From: Blastocatellia bacterium
Lineage (GTDB): Bacteria; Acidobacteriota; Blastocatellia; UBA7656
NCBI GenBank assembly: GCA_035248905.1
Contig: DATFGX010000016.1
Span: forward strand, 91,022-155,021
DNA length: 64,000 nucleotides
Direction: 5' to 3'
The stretch's first letter is position 1, and each line of letters opens with the position of its first letter. A program made the translations under genes and the position numbers. This document shows positions 8,705 to 18,646 of the stretch, piece after piece. The notes under the pieces are model-generated. The model was not told where the DNA came from. It ran no database searches and worked only from the letters and a program-made list of their open reading frames with translations.

Positions 8705-9538
8705 TTATTTTCCAGAAGGGCTGCTGTAACCATACCGCCGCAGAATCGCCTGTCCTTCGTCGCCCAGAACGAAGTCTGCGAAGCGCCGCGCCAGGTCTTG
8801 TTTGCCGGATGCCTTGATGATCGCCAGCGCCTGGTCTATGGGCTGGTGCAAGCGCTCGTCAACTTCGACATATTGCCCTTCGCCCTGCTTCACCAGAGCC
8901 TTCGGGATGAAGGCGACATCGGCGTTGCCCGACGCGGCGTACTGCTTGGTGTTCGAGACGTTCGTGCCATAGATAACTCTCGGCTCGACTGACACCCAGA
9001 CGTTTAGCGCCTTGAGCGCTTCGACCGTCGCCCGACCATAAGGCGCGAGATCGGGCTTGGCGATGGCGATCATCTTCACGTCCGCGCCCGCGACATCTTC
9101 CACGCGGCTGATCTTGATTCGGCCCTGCGGCGGCGTCCAAACGACGAGGCGGCCGCGCGCATAGACGGCGCGCGAATCCGGCGTGCTCAAGCCTTTCTGA
9201 TTCAGCTCATCGACGTGCTCTACGTCAGCCGCCGCGAAGACATCAAACGGGCCGCCGTTCTCGATCTGCTTGGTCAGGTCAGCCGTGCTGCCGAAGCTGT
9301 AGACGACGCGCGCGCCGGTCTTTGCCGTAAATTGATTGGCGACCTCGGCAAACGCGTCGGTGAGGTTTGCGGCGGCGGCCACCGTGATCTCCGGCGCGTT
9401 CTGTTGCTCGGCTGCCGGTCGCTGGCGACACCCGGCAAGCAAGATCAAGACGACGATCACAACAGCACAGAGTTGCCAGCTTGAGCTAAAGCCGGCGCTT
9501 CGGTTTTCAACTGGTTTCATAGCTCTCCCGCTTTTCAT
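8705..9538 (-). CDS. modA: molybdate/sulfate-family periplasmic binding protein (ModA-like), lipoprotein
   Basis: Lipobox LLAGC; ModA-like core ITVAAAANLTDAFAEVANQFTAKTGARVVYSFGSTADLTKQI...FDVFAAAD; the start may be the RBS-supported ATG at 9520. Confidence 0.75.
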   Translation of the reverse strand: MKSGRAMKPVENRSAGFSSSWQLCAVVIVVLILLAGCRQRPAAEQQNAPEITVAAAANLTDAFAEVANQFTAKTGARVVYSFGSTADLTKQIENGGPFDVFAAADVEHVDELNQKGLSTPDSRAVYARGRLVVWTPPQGRIKISRVEDVAGADVKMIAIAKPDLAPYGRATVEALKALNVWVSVEPRVIYGTNVSNTKQYAASGNADVAFIPKALVKQGEGQYVEVDERLHQPIDQALAIIKASGKQDLARRFADFVLGDEGQAILRRYGYSSPSGK

Positions 9539-10438
9539 TCACTCAAGAGTCGAAGCAGTGACGTTCGCGCTGTAGTTCTTTTCGGCGCGCCTTTTGAAGA
9601 ATTCGATGACCATCAGGATCATGAACGAGACGACCGCAAGCACCACCGCCATGGCATTCGCGCCGACCGTGTTGCGGTCGTCGAGCGACCGGAAGATGAA
9701 GAGCGTCGCCGTTTCGGTCAAACGACTGACGCCGCCGCTGACGACCAGCACGGCGCCGATTTCGCCGACCGCGCGAGCGAAGGTAAGCGAGACGCCATAC
9801 AGCAAGCCCCAGCGGATCGCCGGCAGCGTGACGTGGCGGAAGGTCTGCCAGGGACTTGCGCCCATGGTGCGCGCGGCGTTCTCCTGGTCGCGGTTCGCCT
9901 GACTCAAGACCGGGACCACTTCGCGGATGACGAAGGGGATCGAGATGAAGATCGTCGCGATCAGAATGCCCGGCAGCGCGAAGACGACTTTGATGCCGAG
10001 CGCGTCGGTCAGCGCGGTCAGCCAGCCGTTTCTGCCGAACAGCAGAATCAGCATGAAGCCAGCAATCACCGGCGACACCGCGAACGGCATGTCAACCAGG
10101 CCGTTGAGCACGCGCTTGCCCCAGAAGTCGTCACGCGCCAGCACCCACGCGATGCACAGCCCGAACAGCGTGTTGATCAACGTCGCGCCGACCGCCATTA
10201 TCAGCGTCAGCTTGAGCGCGCTGAGCGCGTCGGCTGAGGTAATTTGACGCACAAACGCGCCGCCGCCTTCGACCAATGCGCCGTAGACGATGGCCACCAG
10301 CGGCGCGACCAGCAGCCCCGCGGCGTAGAGCAAAACGATGGCGATCAGCGCCCATTCGACCAGCCGCGCGCCTACGGCTCGCTTGCGTGATGGTGTGCGC
10401 GAGGTCGCCACCGGCTCATTCAGGATCGCTTGCGACAT
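9539..10438 (-). CDS. cysW: sulfate/thiosulfate ABC transporter permease CysW
   Basis: Six-TM ABC permease with EAA-like loop (ARTMGASPWQTFRHVTLP); follows cysT; start chosen at MSQAIL to limit overlap with cysT. Confidence 0.75.
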   Translation of the reverse strand: MSQAILNEPVATSRTPSRKRAVGARLVEWALIAIVLLYAAGLLVAPLVAIVYGALVEGGGAFVRQITSADALSALKLTLIMAVGATLINTLFGLCIAWVLARDDFWGKRVLNGLVDMPFAVSPVIAGFMLILLFGRNGWLTALTDALGIKVVFALPGILIATIFISIPFVIREVVPVLSQANRDQENAARTMGASPWQTFRHVTLPAIRWGLLYGVSLTFARAVGEIGAVLVVSGGVSRLTETATLFIFRSLDDRNTVGANAMAVVLAVVSFMILMVIEFFKRRAEKNYSANVTASTLE

Positions 10439-11279
10439 TGCCCCTCCGCTTGCGGCTTTGCAGCCACTCGACGCCGACGATGAGCGCGAAAGAGAGCGCC
10501 AGCAAGACCAGCGACATGGCGCTGGCGGCGCGCTCGTTGTGCGATTCGATCTGCCCGTAGACATAGACTGGCGCGGTCAGCGTGCGACCGGGGATGTTGC
10601 CGGCGACGACGACAATCGAGCCGAACTCGCCGAGCGCCCGCGCGAAACAGAGCAGCGAGCCGCTGACGACTGCCGGCGCGATGGTAGGAAAGACGACACG
10701 CAGAAAGGTCGTCCACTTCGACGCGCCGATGGTGTAGGCGGCTTCCTCTTCGCTGCGTTCGGCCTCGATCAATACAGGCTGCACGGCGCGAATGATGAAC
10801 GGATAAGTGATCACCAGCAGTGCCAGTACGATGCCCGGCGTGGCGAAGATCACTTCGATGCCGTGTGCCTTCAGCCATGCGCCGAGCGTGCGCTGCGGCC
10901 CGTAGAGCGCCGCCAGCATCACGCCCGTCACCAGCGTCGGGATCGCAAACGGCATATCGATCAAGCCGTTGAGCAGGCCGCGCCCATAAAAGCGATAGCG
11001 CACAATCACGTAAGCCGTCAGCGTGCCCATCACCGCGTTGATCAAGGTGACGATGATGGCCATCGTGATCGTCAGCTTCAGCGCCGCGAAGGCCGCCGGG
11101 CTGCTCAGGTCATTCCAGAAGGCGCGCAACCCGTCGTGCAGGCCATTGGCGATGATCGCCGCAAGCGGCAGCGCGATCATCACGCCGAGGTAGAGCGCCG
11201 CCGTCGCGCGCAATCCCCAGCGGCCCCACGGCAAGACGCGCGGCGGCGCTGCATTGATGGTTGTGGTTGCGGACTTCAT
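10416..11279 (-). CDS. cysT: sulfate/thiosulfate ABC transporter permease CysT
   Basis: ABC permease with EAA loop (AYTIGASKWTTFLRVVFP); GGAGGG RBS before the MKSATT start. Confidence 0.75.
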   Translation of the reverse strand: MKSATTTINAAPPRVLPWGRWGLRATAALYLGVMIALPLAAIIANGLHDGLRAFWNDLSSPAAFAALKLTITMAIIVTLINAVMGTLTAYVIVRYRFYGRGLLNGLIDMPFAIPTLVTGVMLAALYGPQRTLGAWLKAHGIEVIFATPGIVLALLVITYPFIIRAVQPVLIEAERSEEEAAYTIGASKWTTFLRVVFPTIAPAVVSGSLLCFARALGEFGSIVVVAGNIPGRTLTAPVYVYGQIESHNERAASAMSLVLLALSFALIVGVEWLQSRKRRGNVASDPE

Positions 11280-11303
11280 CTCGTCCCTCCGACGCGCCAT
11301 CCT

Positions 11304-12371
11304 TCAGCGCGACTTCTGCAACTCTTCGCTGACTCGCGTGTAGACTCCCTGCGGGCCGTAGATGCTGTCGCCGACTTTCTTCCAGCCGCCGAGGTAATCT
11401 ATCTTCCACAAATCCGCAACCGGCGGGAATTGTGATTTGACTTCTTGAGCGACCGTCTGATCCAAGGGGCGCAAGCCATACTTGGCGAAGGCGCGCTGCG
11501 CGTCCGCCGACCAGAGGAAGTTGACGAACGCCTCGGCGACTTCGCGGACGCCGTGCTTGTCCACGTACTTGTCAACCAGCGCCACAGGGTTCTCGATCAG
11601 GATAGTCGAGTGCGGAATGACGTAGTCGTAATTCTGCCCGGCCTGTTTCGCGACCAGTACTTCATTCTCGTAAGTGACGGCCACATCGCCGACACCCTTC
11701 TCGAAGTTGGTGATCGATTCGCGCGCCCCTTTATCCATGATCGAGACGTTGCGAAAAACATTCTGGAGAAATTCCTGCGCCGCCGCCGGATCATCTTTCG
11801 CCACGCCGGCAAAGCCGCGCATTGCCGCGCCGTACATCGCGTTGATGTTCCACTGCGCGCCGCCCGATGTCTTCGGGTCGGGCGTCAGGATGTTCAGTCC
11901 CGGCTGTGCCAGGTCGGCCCAGTCTTTGATGCCTCTGGGATTGCCCGGGCGCACGGCGATGACGACGACCGAGGTGCAGATCATTCCCTTGTTCGCGTTC
12001 GCCTTCCAGTCGTGCGTGATCAGCCCGGCCTCTGTGATCTTATCGATGTCGCCTTCGAGCGATAGCGCCGCGATGTCGGCTTCAAAGCCGCCGACGATCA
12101 TGCGCGACTGTGCGCCGCTGCCTTGATAAGACTCTTGAACCTCGACATCCTGGCCGGTCTTCTCCTTCCAGTATTTTTGAAAGGCCGGGATGATGGCTTT
12201 GCCGTAGGCTTCGCGCGGCGCCGTGTAGCCGCCGAGAATCAAGGTCACGCGGTTGCCGCTCTTGTTTGATCCGCCGCCGCAGCCTTCGAGCGCCAGCGTC
12301 AGCATCAATAGCAGCAGGCCGACGACGGCAGCCGGCCAGCCGGGGGTGCGGGGCGTTTTCTTTCTTCGCAT
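11304..12371 (-). CDS. sbp: sulfate/thiosulfate-binding periplasmic protein (Sbp/CysP)
   Basis: Signal peptide/lipobox; Sbp-family conserved blocks (YTAPREAYGKAIIPAFQKYWKEKTG, QSRMIVGGFEADIAALSLEGDID). Confidence 0.8.
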   Translation of the reverse strand: MRRKKTPRTPGWPAAVVGLLLLMLTLALEGCGGGSNKSGNRVTLILGGYTAPREAYGKAIIPAFQKYWKEKTGQDVEVQESYQGSGAQSRMIVGGFEADIAALSLEGDIDKITEAGLITHDWKANANKGMICTSVVVIAVRPGNPRGIKDWADLAQPGLNILTPDPKTSGGAQWNINAMYGAAMRGFAGVAKDDPAAAQEFLQNVFRNVSIMDKGARESITNFEKGVGDVAVTYENEVLVAKQAGQNYDYVIPHSTILIENPVALVDKYVDKHGVREVAEAFVNFLWSADAQRAFAKYGLRPLDQTVAQEVKSQFPPVADLWKIDYLGGWKKVGDSIYGPQGVYTRVSEELQKSR

Positions 12372-12475
12372 AAACAGCCATCCTCAACGGCGCGCCGCAG
12401 ACACGCGGGGCGCACTGCTCAGCTATGATGAAGTTGTGGCAAGGGAATTCGCCGGAAACTACAAGAGAAAGGAAA

Positions 12476-12503
12476 GGCGCGGAGCCTACGCCCCGCGCCC
12501 GAA
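12476..12503 (-). terminator. GC-rich hairpin followed by a T-rich tract on the minus strand; likely terminator of the exopolysaccharide operon ending in wecB
   Basis: GGCGCGG-loop-CCGCGCC then TTTCCTTTCTCTTG (minus-strand sense). Confidence 0.45.
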
Positions 12504-12755
12504 TCTCGTCGCGGCGTAATGCCCTTCCTTTTAGCCTGCGAGGTTAGCTGACGGGCTTGGACTGGAAGTGTCCTACGAGTGCCTCAGACTCGATACGCCC
12601 CTGCCGCGTCCACAACGACGCGACCCTGGTTCCCCCGCGTTGCCCTTCTCACGCCCTCGGCGCCGCGAGCAACTTCGGCAGACATACTGTGATGCAGGAA
12701 TCTTACGCAGGTCGGTTGAGAAAGTCAAAAACAAATATCATCGCCGCTACTTCGC

Positions 12756-13937
12756 TCAATCGCCGGCGGCCACCGGCTCGGCGGCGAAGGCGAGGTCCAT
12801 CAGCGACGTCTCGTAGCGGTCGCAGAGTCGCTCGGCGAGCACCGAGACGATGCGCCCGGCGGCGCGGCCATCGCCGAAGGGATTTTCGGCGCGGCTCATC
12901 TGCGCGTAGGCTTCGGCGTTCGACAACAGCAAGGCGGCCTCTTCGAAGATGCGCTCGGCGTCCGTGCCCACCAGGCGGCCCGCGCCGCATTCAATCACTT
13001 CGGGCCGCTCGGTCGTGTCGCGCAGCACCAGCACAGGCTTGTTGAACGACGGCGCTTCTTCCTGAATGCCGCCCGAATCCGAGAGGATGAAATAACTGCG
13101 GCACATCAGCCGCAGCAGGTCCGTGTAGCCGACCGGATCAACCAGATGAATGCGCGGCACGCTGCCGAGTTGTTGCATGACGACCTGGCGCACGTTGGGG
13201 TTCAAGTGGACGGGATAAACGATCTCGACATCTGTGAAGCGGTCAACGATCGCTCGCAAGCCGTCGCAGATCGCGTGCATCGGCAAACCATGATTTTCGC
13301 GGCGATGCGCCGTCACTAGCAGCACGCGGCGGCGCGCGAAATCCACTTCGTTCAAGCGCGCATCCGCGAATGGCCCGTCGAGCGGGATTGAGCGCAGCGC
13401 GTCAACGATTGTATTGCCGGTCACAAAAATATTTTCCGGCGCGACGCCTTCGCGCAAGAGGTTGCGCCGCGCGCCTTCGGTCGGCGCGAAGTGCATGTCC
13501 GACAGGCTGCCGGCAAGCCGGCGATTCATCTCTTCGGGAAACGGATTGCGCGTGTCGAACGAGCGCAGCCCGGCTTCGACGTGGCCGACACGTATGCCCT
13601 GATAAAAAGCGGCGAGCGCCGCAATCGTCACCGTCGTCGTGTCGCCCTGCACCAGCACCGCATCCGGCTTGATCTCGCTGAACAGCTCGGAGAGTGACGC
13701 CATCGCCCGCGCCGCAAAGCCGCCGAGGCTCTGGTTGTGCTGCATCAAATCCAGATCAATGTCAGGCCGCGCGCCGAAGACCGCGAGCACTTGATCGAGC
13801 ATCTCGCGGTGCTGCCCCGTAGCGACCAGTAAATGCTCGAAGAGGTCGCTGCGGCGATTCAACTCACGCACGACCGGCATCATCTTGATGGCTTCCGGTC
13901 GCGTTCCCATCACAGTCACGACACGCTGTCGCTTCAT
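12756..13937 (-). CDS. wecB: UDP-N-acetylglucosamine 2-epimerase (non-hydrolysing)
   Basis: Full-length match to the WecB/MnaA family pattern (MKRQRVVTVMGTRPEAIKMMPVVRE..., HVEAGLRSFD, LVTGNT); about 390 aa. Confidence 0.9.
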   Translation of the reverse strand: MKRQRVVTVMGTRPEAIKMMPVVRELNRRSDLFEHLLVATGQHREMLDQVLAVFGARPDIDLDLMQHNQSLGGFAARAMASLSELFSEIKPDAVLVQGDTTTVTIAALAAFYQGIRVGHVEAGLRSFDTRNPFPEEMNRRLAGSLSDMHFAPTEGARRNLLREGVAPENIFVTGNTIVDALRSIPLDGPFADARLNEVDFARRRVLLVTAHRRENHGLPMHAICDGLRAIVDRFTDVEIVYPVHLNPNVRQVVMQQLGSVPRIHLVDPVGYTDLLRLMCRSYFILSDSGGIQEEAPSFNKPVLVLRDTTERPEVIECGAGRLVGTDAERIFEEAALLLSNAEAYAQMSRAENPFGDGRAAGRIVSVLAERLCDRYETSLMDLAFAAEPVAAGD

Positions 13938-13949
13938 ATCGTTTCCCCT

Positions 13950-15794
13950 TTATTCGCTGAATCCGTAATTCAGGTTGCGATCAACCACAAAGCTGAGCGG
14001 CTGCCGCGACACCCGGCGGCGTCCAAGCAGCAGGTCGCTCAAAGACGGCTCGCGGTCGGTGACAATCATCTCTTCGACGGCAATGTGCGGCTCGACCATC
14101 ACCGGTTGCGCCGGCGCCGTGCGCCGCCGGCTTGCGGCAGTCGCGGGCCTGGCTGGCGACGACAGGTCGCGGCGGACGCGCTCGACAAAGGCCGCCGCTT
14201 GCGCGGCGCGTTCGCGGGCGATGTCGGCTTCGATCATCTGCCGCAGCTCGCCGAGCGCATCTTCTAATCGCCAGTCGGACGAAGGCTGCGGCGTCAGCAT
14301 CTCTTGAATGCGCGCGACGGTGGCGCGGCCCGCGCTCGTCAGCGCCTCGGCGACGCCGTGCTGGTTGGCGACAACTTCGCCGTGCGACGGGAAGAAGTGT
14401 TGTGTCTTGTCCCAGGCGATCCGCTTGCCCTGCATCTCTGCGGTCAGGAACTGGCGCGTCGCGCGGAAGGTCACCGTGACGTTGATGATGTTACCCCAGA
14501 CCAGCCGCGGGATCGATAACAGCCCTTGCTTGAAATTGTAGATGCGCGTCGTGGCGATGAAGCGTTGCAGCATACGATTCAACATCATCGCCATGCAGAG
14601 CGCCACCGCCAGGCTGACCCACCAGTGCTCATGCATGATCGGCGCGATGTCTGGCCAGATGGTCTTCTGCAACAGCAGGTGAATCAAGCCGAACGCCAAA
14701 AACAGATAGTTGAGACAGACGAGGCTGTTGGCCCACACGCCTTTGCGGTCGTGGAACAACATCCAGCGCGTGCGCGCGCTGCCCGTCCAGCCGAAGTGCT
14801 TCCAGTTTTGAAAAATGATGCCGACCATCCAGCGCGTCCGCTGGCGCACGGCGGTCTTGAAGGTCGCAGGGAAGTGCGCCCGCGTGGCGATCAGCTCGGT
14901 CTGCTCTTTCTGAGCGCCGGTTGACTTTTTGCGCACCAGCGCCTGGCGCACGAAGATGGCTTTGTGGCCGCTCATCTTCAAGCGCAGGCCGAAGTCATAA
15001 TCTTCCGTGAGCGAGTTGGTGTTAAAGACCTTGTCGCCGTACTCCTCGGAAAGCTTGTTGAAGACGCTGCGCGCGATGCAGGTGCCGACGCCTGCCGACG
15101 GCACAAAGCCGTTGGCCCACTCGCGCACATAGATGTCTTTGGTGTGCGTCTCGGCGAACTCGTCCATGTAGCTGCCGGCGGTGAACAGTTGCGCCGGCAC
15201 TTCGATGGGGAAGACCGGCGTCTGAATCATGTTCACGCGCCGCTTGGTCATCAGGTAGTTGTAGAGCTTCAGCTCCAGCGGGTGCAGCACGTCTTCGGGG
15301 TCGTGCATGACGATGAAGTCGTATGGTCTGCCGCTGATACGCTCCTGCTTGCGCAGCGTCGCGAACGCCGCGTTGAGGTTGTCGGCCTTGTTCGACGGGC
15401 CGGGCTGCGGGTTGACGGCTTTGTGGACGTTCGGCAGCCGCGCCGCCGCCGCATCGATCTTCGCCTGCGTCGGCAGGTCGTTCGGGTAGCAGGCGATGAA
15501 GAAGTCATAATTCTGATAATCGATCAGCTTGCTGTTGGTCACCAGCATCTCTTCGATCACGTCTTCTTCGTGCCAGGCGGCGACGAAGATGGCGGCGCGC
15601 TTCTGCGGCACGGCGTCGAGGTCTTCGTCCGTAAGCAGCGGGTATTTGCGGCGCGGGTAGTTGATGCGGCGCACAAGGTAAGAGAGCCAGTAGTAGACAT
15701 CAACGAACAGGTCGTCGAGGCCGCTGATGATGTTGCCCAGCGCCAGGAAGGCGAAGAGAATCTCGGTGATCAAGATAGTGTGAGGGCTATCCAC
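13950..15794 (-). CDS. integral-membrane processive family-2 glycosyltransferase, NfrB/PgaC-like polysaccharide synthase
   Basis: N- and C-terminal TM helices; GT2 core with DxD (MHDPEDV) and processive-synthase Q(R)xRW motif (QRTRWMVG); N-terminal segment (ISGLDDLFVDVYYW..., CYPNDLPTQ, PGPSNKADNLN) resembles NfrB-type synthases; about 170-aa C-terminal extension. Confidence 0.75.
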   Translation of the reverse strand: MDSPHTILITEILFAFLALGNIISGLDDLFVDVYYWLSYLVRRINYPRRKYPLLTDEDLDAVPQKRAAIFVAAWHEEDVIEEMLVTNSKLIDYQNYDFFIACYPNDLPTQAKIDAAAARLPNVHKAVNPQPGPSNKADNLNAAFATLRKQERISGRPYDFIVMHDPEDVLHPLELKLYNYLMTKRRVNMIQTPVFPIEVPAQLFTAGSYMDEFAETHTKDIYVREWANGFVPSAGVGTCIARSVFNKLSEEYGDKVFNTNSLTEDYDFGLRLKMSGHKAIFVRQALVRKKSTGAQKEQTELIATRAHFPATFKTAVRQRTRWMVGIIFQNWKHFGWTGSARTRWMLFHDRKGVWANSLVCLNYLFLAFGLIHLLLQKTIWPDIAPIMHEHWWVSLAVALCMAMMLNRMLQRFIATTRIYNFKQGLLSIPRLVWGNIINVTVTFRATRQFLTAEMQGKRIAWDKTQHFFPSHGEVVANQHGVAEALTSAGRATVARIQEMLTPQPSSDWRLEDALGELRQMIEADIARERAAQAAAFVERVRRDLSSPARPATAASRRRTAPAQPVMVEPHIAVEEMIVTDREPSLSDLLLGRRRVSRQPLSFVVDRNLNYGFSE

Positions 15795-15854
15795 GGTGAT
15801 CTTCCTTGCTGTTCTCGATCAAACAAAAGTTCGGGGCACGGCCTTAAGCCGGCG

Positions 15855-17177
15855 CTATTCTTTCGCGTAGTACTTGCCCACGGTCAGCATCAGGCGAAAG
15901 TCGTTGTACCGCGAGCCGTACGGGTTCGGCTCGCCGGGGCGGGCGATGCCGAAATAAAATCCCTGCACGTATTCGCCGCTCACCGAAACGCCGAGCGGCC
16001 GCCAGGGCGTGAAGCGCAGGCCGCCGGCAGTCTCGGCGACGTTGTTATAAAAATCTCGCCCGCTGTCTTTGACGACGCTGGCGCGCCCGTAGAGATCGAG
16101 CGATGACTGCTTCCACTGGAAGAAGCGCAAGCCTTCGCGCGCCTGCCCGAAGGCGATGAAGTTATTGCGGAAGCGGCTGTAGTAGCTCGCATCAAAGTAA
16201 ACATCGCCGACCAGCTTCATCGGCGCCGAAGGGCCGGCGGTCTCGGCGACGCTGTCCCACTCGCGCGAGTAGTAGACGCCGGCGCGAAAGTCCGAACGCG
16301 CGCGCACCGTCGAGAGCGAGTTTTGCAGCAGGTTCTTGGCGATGCCGGCTTCGCCGTAGACGGTCAGGTTGTTTTTGAACGGGCGGGCGCGCACGCCGAC
16401 GCCCGCGACCAGAAAATTATCCGAATAGATCTGCGGCGCGCTGCCGGCGGTTGACCGCGTGTCGCGCGTCAGGCGCAGGCTGGCGTAGGCTTCGACGGCG
16501 TGTGAGGATTCCAGCACGAAGCCATTGCGAATGACCAGCGGCGCGATGAAGTTGCCGAAGCGCTGTTGATAAAACGGCGCGGCGTAGACTTCGCTGACGA
16601 ATGTGCCTTCTTTGTAACCGCCGCCCGCCGGCTGTAGGTTGCGCAGCGCCGTGCGCGCTTTGGCGCGCAGGTCGGCGTTTTCCGAGTTGGCGACTTGTGC
16701 GAACAGCTCGCGCGCCTGCTGCTTGTCGCCGAGCTTGTCGTAGAGATAGCCGAGCTGTGTCTTCACCTGATCGTTGTGCGGGTCGCGCTTTTCGACTTCG
16801 AGGAACTGGGCGAGCGCTTCGCGCATCTGCCCCTGGTGGAGGTAGAGGTAGCCGAGCTGTGAACGCACCTGCACGTTTTCGGGGTCGAGCTGAATCGCCT
16901 GCTGAAAAGCCGTGATGGCTTCTTTGTCTTTGCCGCTCGACAGCAAGGTGTAAGCGAGGTCGAGGTGTGAGCGGACGTTCGTCGGGTCACAGTCGACGGC
17001 GCGGCGGAAGCTCGCAATGGCTTGCTCGTACTTCGTCTCGCGCAACAGGCCATAGCCTTCATTGAGATAGCGATTACACTGTTCATTGTTCGACTGCGCC
17101 GACGTGGTGAGCGCGGCGGCGGCGGCGAGCAGCAGTGTGGCCAGCACACGGATGAGGCGAGAGACATGGGCATTCAT
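15855..17177 (-). CDS. outer-membrane protein with N-terminal TPR repeats and a C-terminal predicted beta-barrel (miniaturised PgaA/NfrA/BcsC-like exporter architecture)
   Basis: Signal peptide; about 4 TPR units (res 30-190); the C-terminal 250 aa has an alternating aromatic/hydrophobic beta-strand pattern (NFIAFGQAREGLRFFQW, LRFTPWRPLGVSVSGEYVQGFYF). Confidence 0.55.
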   Translation of the reverse strand: MNAHVSRLIRVLATLLLAAAAALTTSAQSNNEQCNRYLNEGYGLLRETKYEQAIASFRRAVDCDPTNVRSHLDLAYTLLSSGKDKEAITAFQQAIQLDPENVQVRSQLGYLYLHQGQMREALAQFLEVEKRDPHNDQVKTQLGYLYDKLGDKQQARELFAQVANSENADLRAKARTALRNLQPAGGGYKEGTFVSEVYAAPFYQQRFGNFIAPLVIRNGFVLESSHAVEAYASLRLTRDTRSTAGSAPQIYSDNFLVAGVGVRARPFKNNLTVYGEAGIAKNLLQNSLSTVRARSDFRAGVYYSREWDSVAETAGPSAPMKLVGDVYFDASYYSRFRNNFIAFGQAREGLRFFQWKQSSLDLYGRASVVKDSGRDFYNNVAETAGGLRFTPWRPLGVSVSGEYVQGFYFGIARPGEPNPYGSRYNDFRLMLTVGKYYAKE

Positions 17178-17411
17178 ACGGAACCTCCTGGACGATTCGG
17201 CATCCCCTTCACACAGTCGTTTTTATTTTCGCGGGGGCATTCAAGCTAAATTGCGAATGCCGGAATTATCGGAGTTTTTGCCGGCTTTTTCGCAGCTTTC
17301 GTTAGAAATAATGGGGAGACTTCAAACCCTGCGGCGAAGATAATTCATGCCCGCCGCCGCGTCAATTACCTTAACAGGTGAGGCCATCGCGCTTTCTTTA
17401 CAAAACCGTTT

Positions 17412-18548
17412 TCAAAACCGCTGCCCGACATCGGAAGGGCGCACGGCGTTTGCGGCCCAGTCGGCTTTAATCACTTCGATGAGCGCGCTGGTCTGTACGT
17501 CGCGGTGATTGCGGGAGTCGGGGCCGCGGCGGAAATTGAACTCGTCGTAATCGAGCGGGAAGCTCGTCTCCCACAGCCAGAGCGCGTGGTTGGCGCCCAT
17601 CGCTTCGATCAAGCGCATCTGCTGGGCGGTGTAATCGCTCGCGCCCTTCGCGAAGCGCTCGACGCCGAATTCGTTCACGGCCATCGGCACGCCATTCTCG
17701 TTTTTGAAATCATTGATGCGGCGGTAGAGCGCTTCAACCTCCGCCGGCTCGTAGCCGGCACGCCGGCTCTCCTGATGCGAATACTCATACGGCTCGTACT
17801 GGTGAACGGTGTAGACCGTGCGCGCGTCGCCATTCAACTCAAGCCCGTCGAGCGAATCCACCGTGCTCCAATCCGCCGCGCCGATCAAGATCGGCGTGCG
17901 CGCGTCCACTTCGCGGATGGCCGCGGTAATCTGCTGCGCCAGGCGGTTCCACACGCCATGCTTTTTCGTCTCCGGCTCGACCATCAAGTCATAACCGACG
18001 ACGTTGGCGCGGTCTTTCAAACGCCGCGCCGTCTCGCGCCACATCTCGACCCAGGCGGCCTGCGCCGGTTTCGACTTCCAGACGCGCGACGGCTTTGGGT
18101 CATCGTCATCAAAGATCTCTTCTTTGCGCCCAGGCCCTGTGCGGAACGAGATGACGACGAAGAGGTCGGCCTGCTCGGCGCGGTCAATCAACTGTTGCAG
18201 GTTTTGAAAGACGGCGTCGTCGAAGCGGTAATCGCCGCCTTCGCTATAGACGCCGGGGTGCGAGATGTTGACGTAGTTCGCGCCCCACGCCGCCAACTGT
18301 TTGAAGTCTTGTTGCGAGTAAGGCGGGCCGACCGGCCCCGGCCCCATCTCGTCGTCGTCGGTGACGCGCTGCTGCCAGATGTTGGCGCCGCGCAAGGTGG
18401 TCGGGCCGCGCCACAGGTCGAACTTTTCGCGAATCGTCGCGAACGCCGGCGGCGCGGCGGCGACAGACGCGCTAGTCGGCGTCGGGCCGCCGCCATAAAG
18501 CAGCGGCCCGATCAGGAGCAGGGCAATCAGCAAACTGGGTTTCATCAC
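17412..18548 (-). CDS. secreted glycoside hydrolase family 5 (cellulase-family) enzyme
   Basis: Signal peptide; GH5 hallmarks: NEP-like acid/base region (VGYDLMVEP) and nucleophile region (AVNEFGVE). Confidence 0.65.
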   Translation of the reverse strand: MMKPSLLIALLLIGPLLYGGGPTPTSASVAAAPPAFATIREKFDLWRGPTTLRGANIWQQRVTDDDEMGPGPVGPPYSQQDFKQLAAWGANYVNISHPGVYSEGGDYRFDDAVFQNLQQLIDRAEQADLFVVISFRTGPGRKEEIFDDDDPKPSRVWKSKPAQAAWVEMWRETARRLKDRANVVGYDLMVEPETKKHGVWNRLAQQITAAIREVDARTPILIGAADWSTVDSLDGLELNGDARTVYTVHQYEPYEYSHQESRRAGYEPAEVEALYRRINDFKNENGVPMAVNEFGVERFAKGASDYTAQQMRLIEAMGANHALWLWETSFPLDYDEFNFRRGPDSRNHRDVQTSALIEVIKADWAANAVRPSDVGQRF

Positions 18549-18646
18549 ATCGCCTCATTAACTACCTGGGAGCGCGGGCATCTTGCCCGCCGTCCCGCGC
18601 CTGCATAATGCCGGCGGGCGGGACGCCCGCGCTCCCAGGTCATCCT

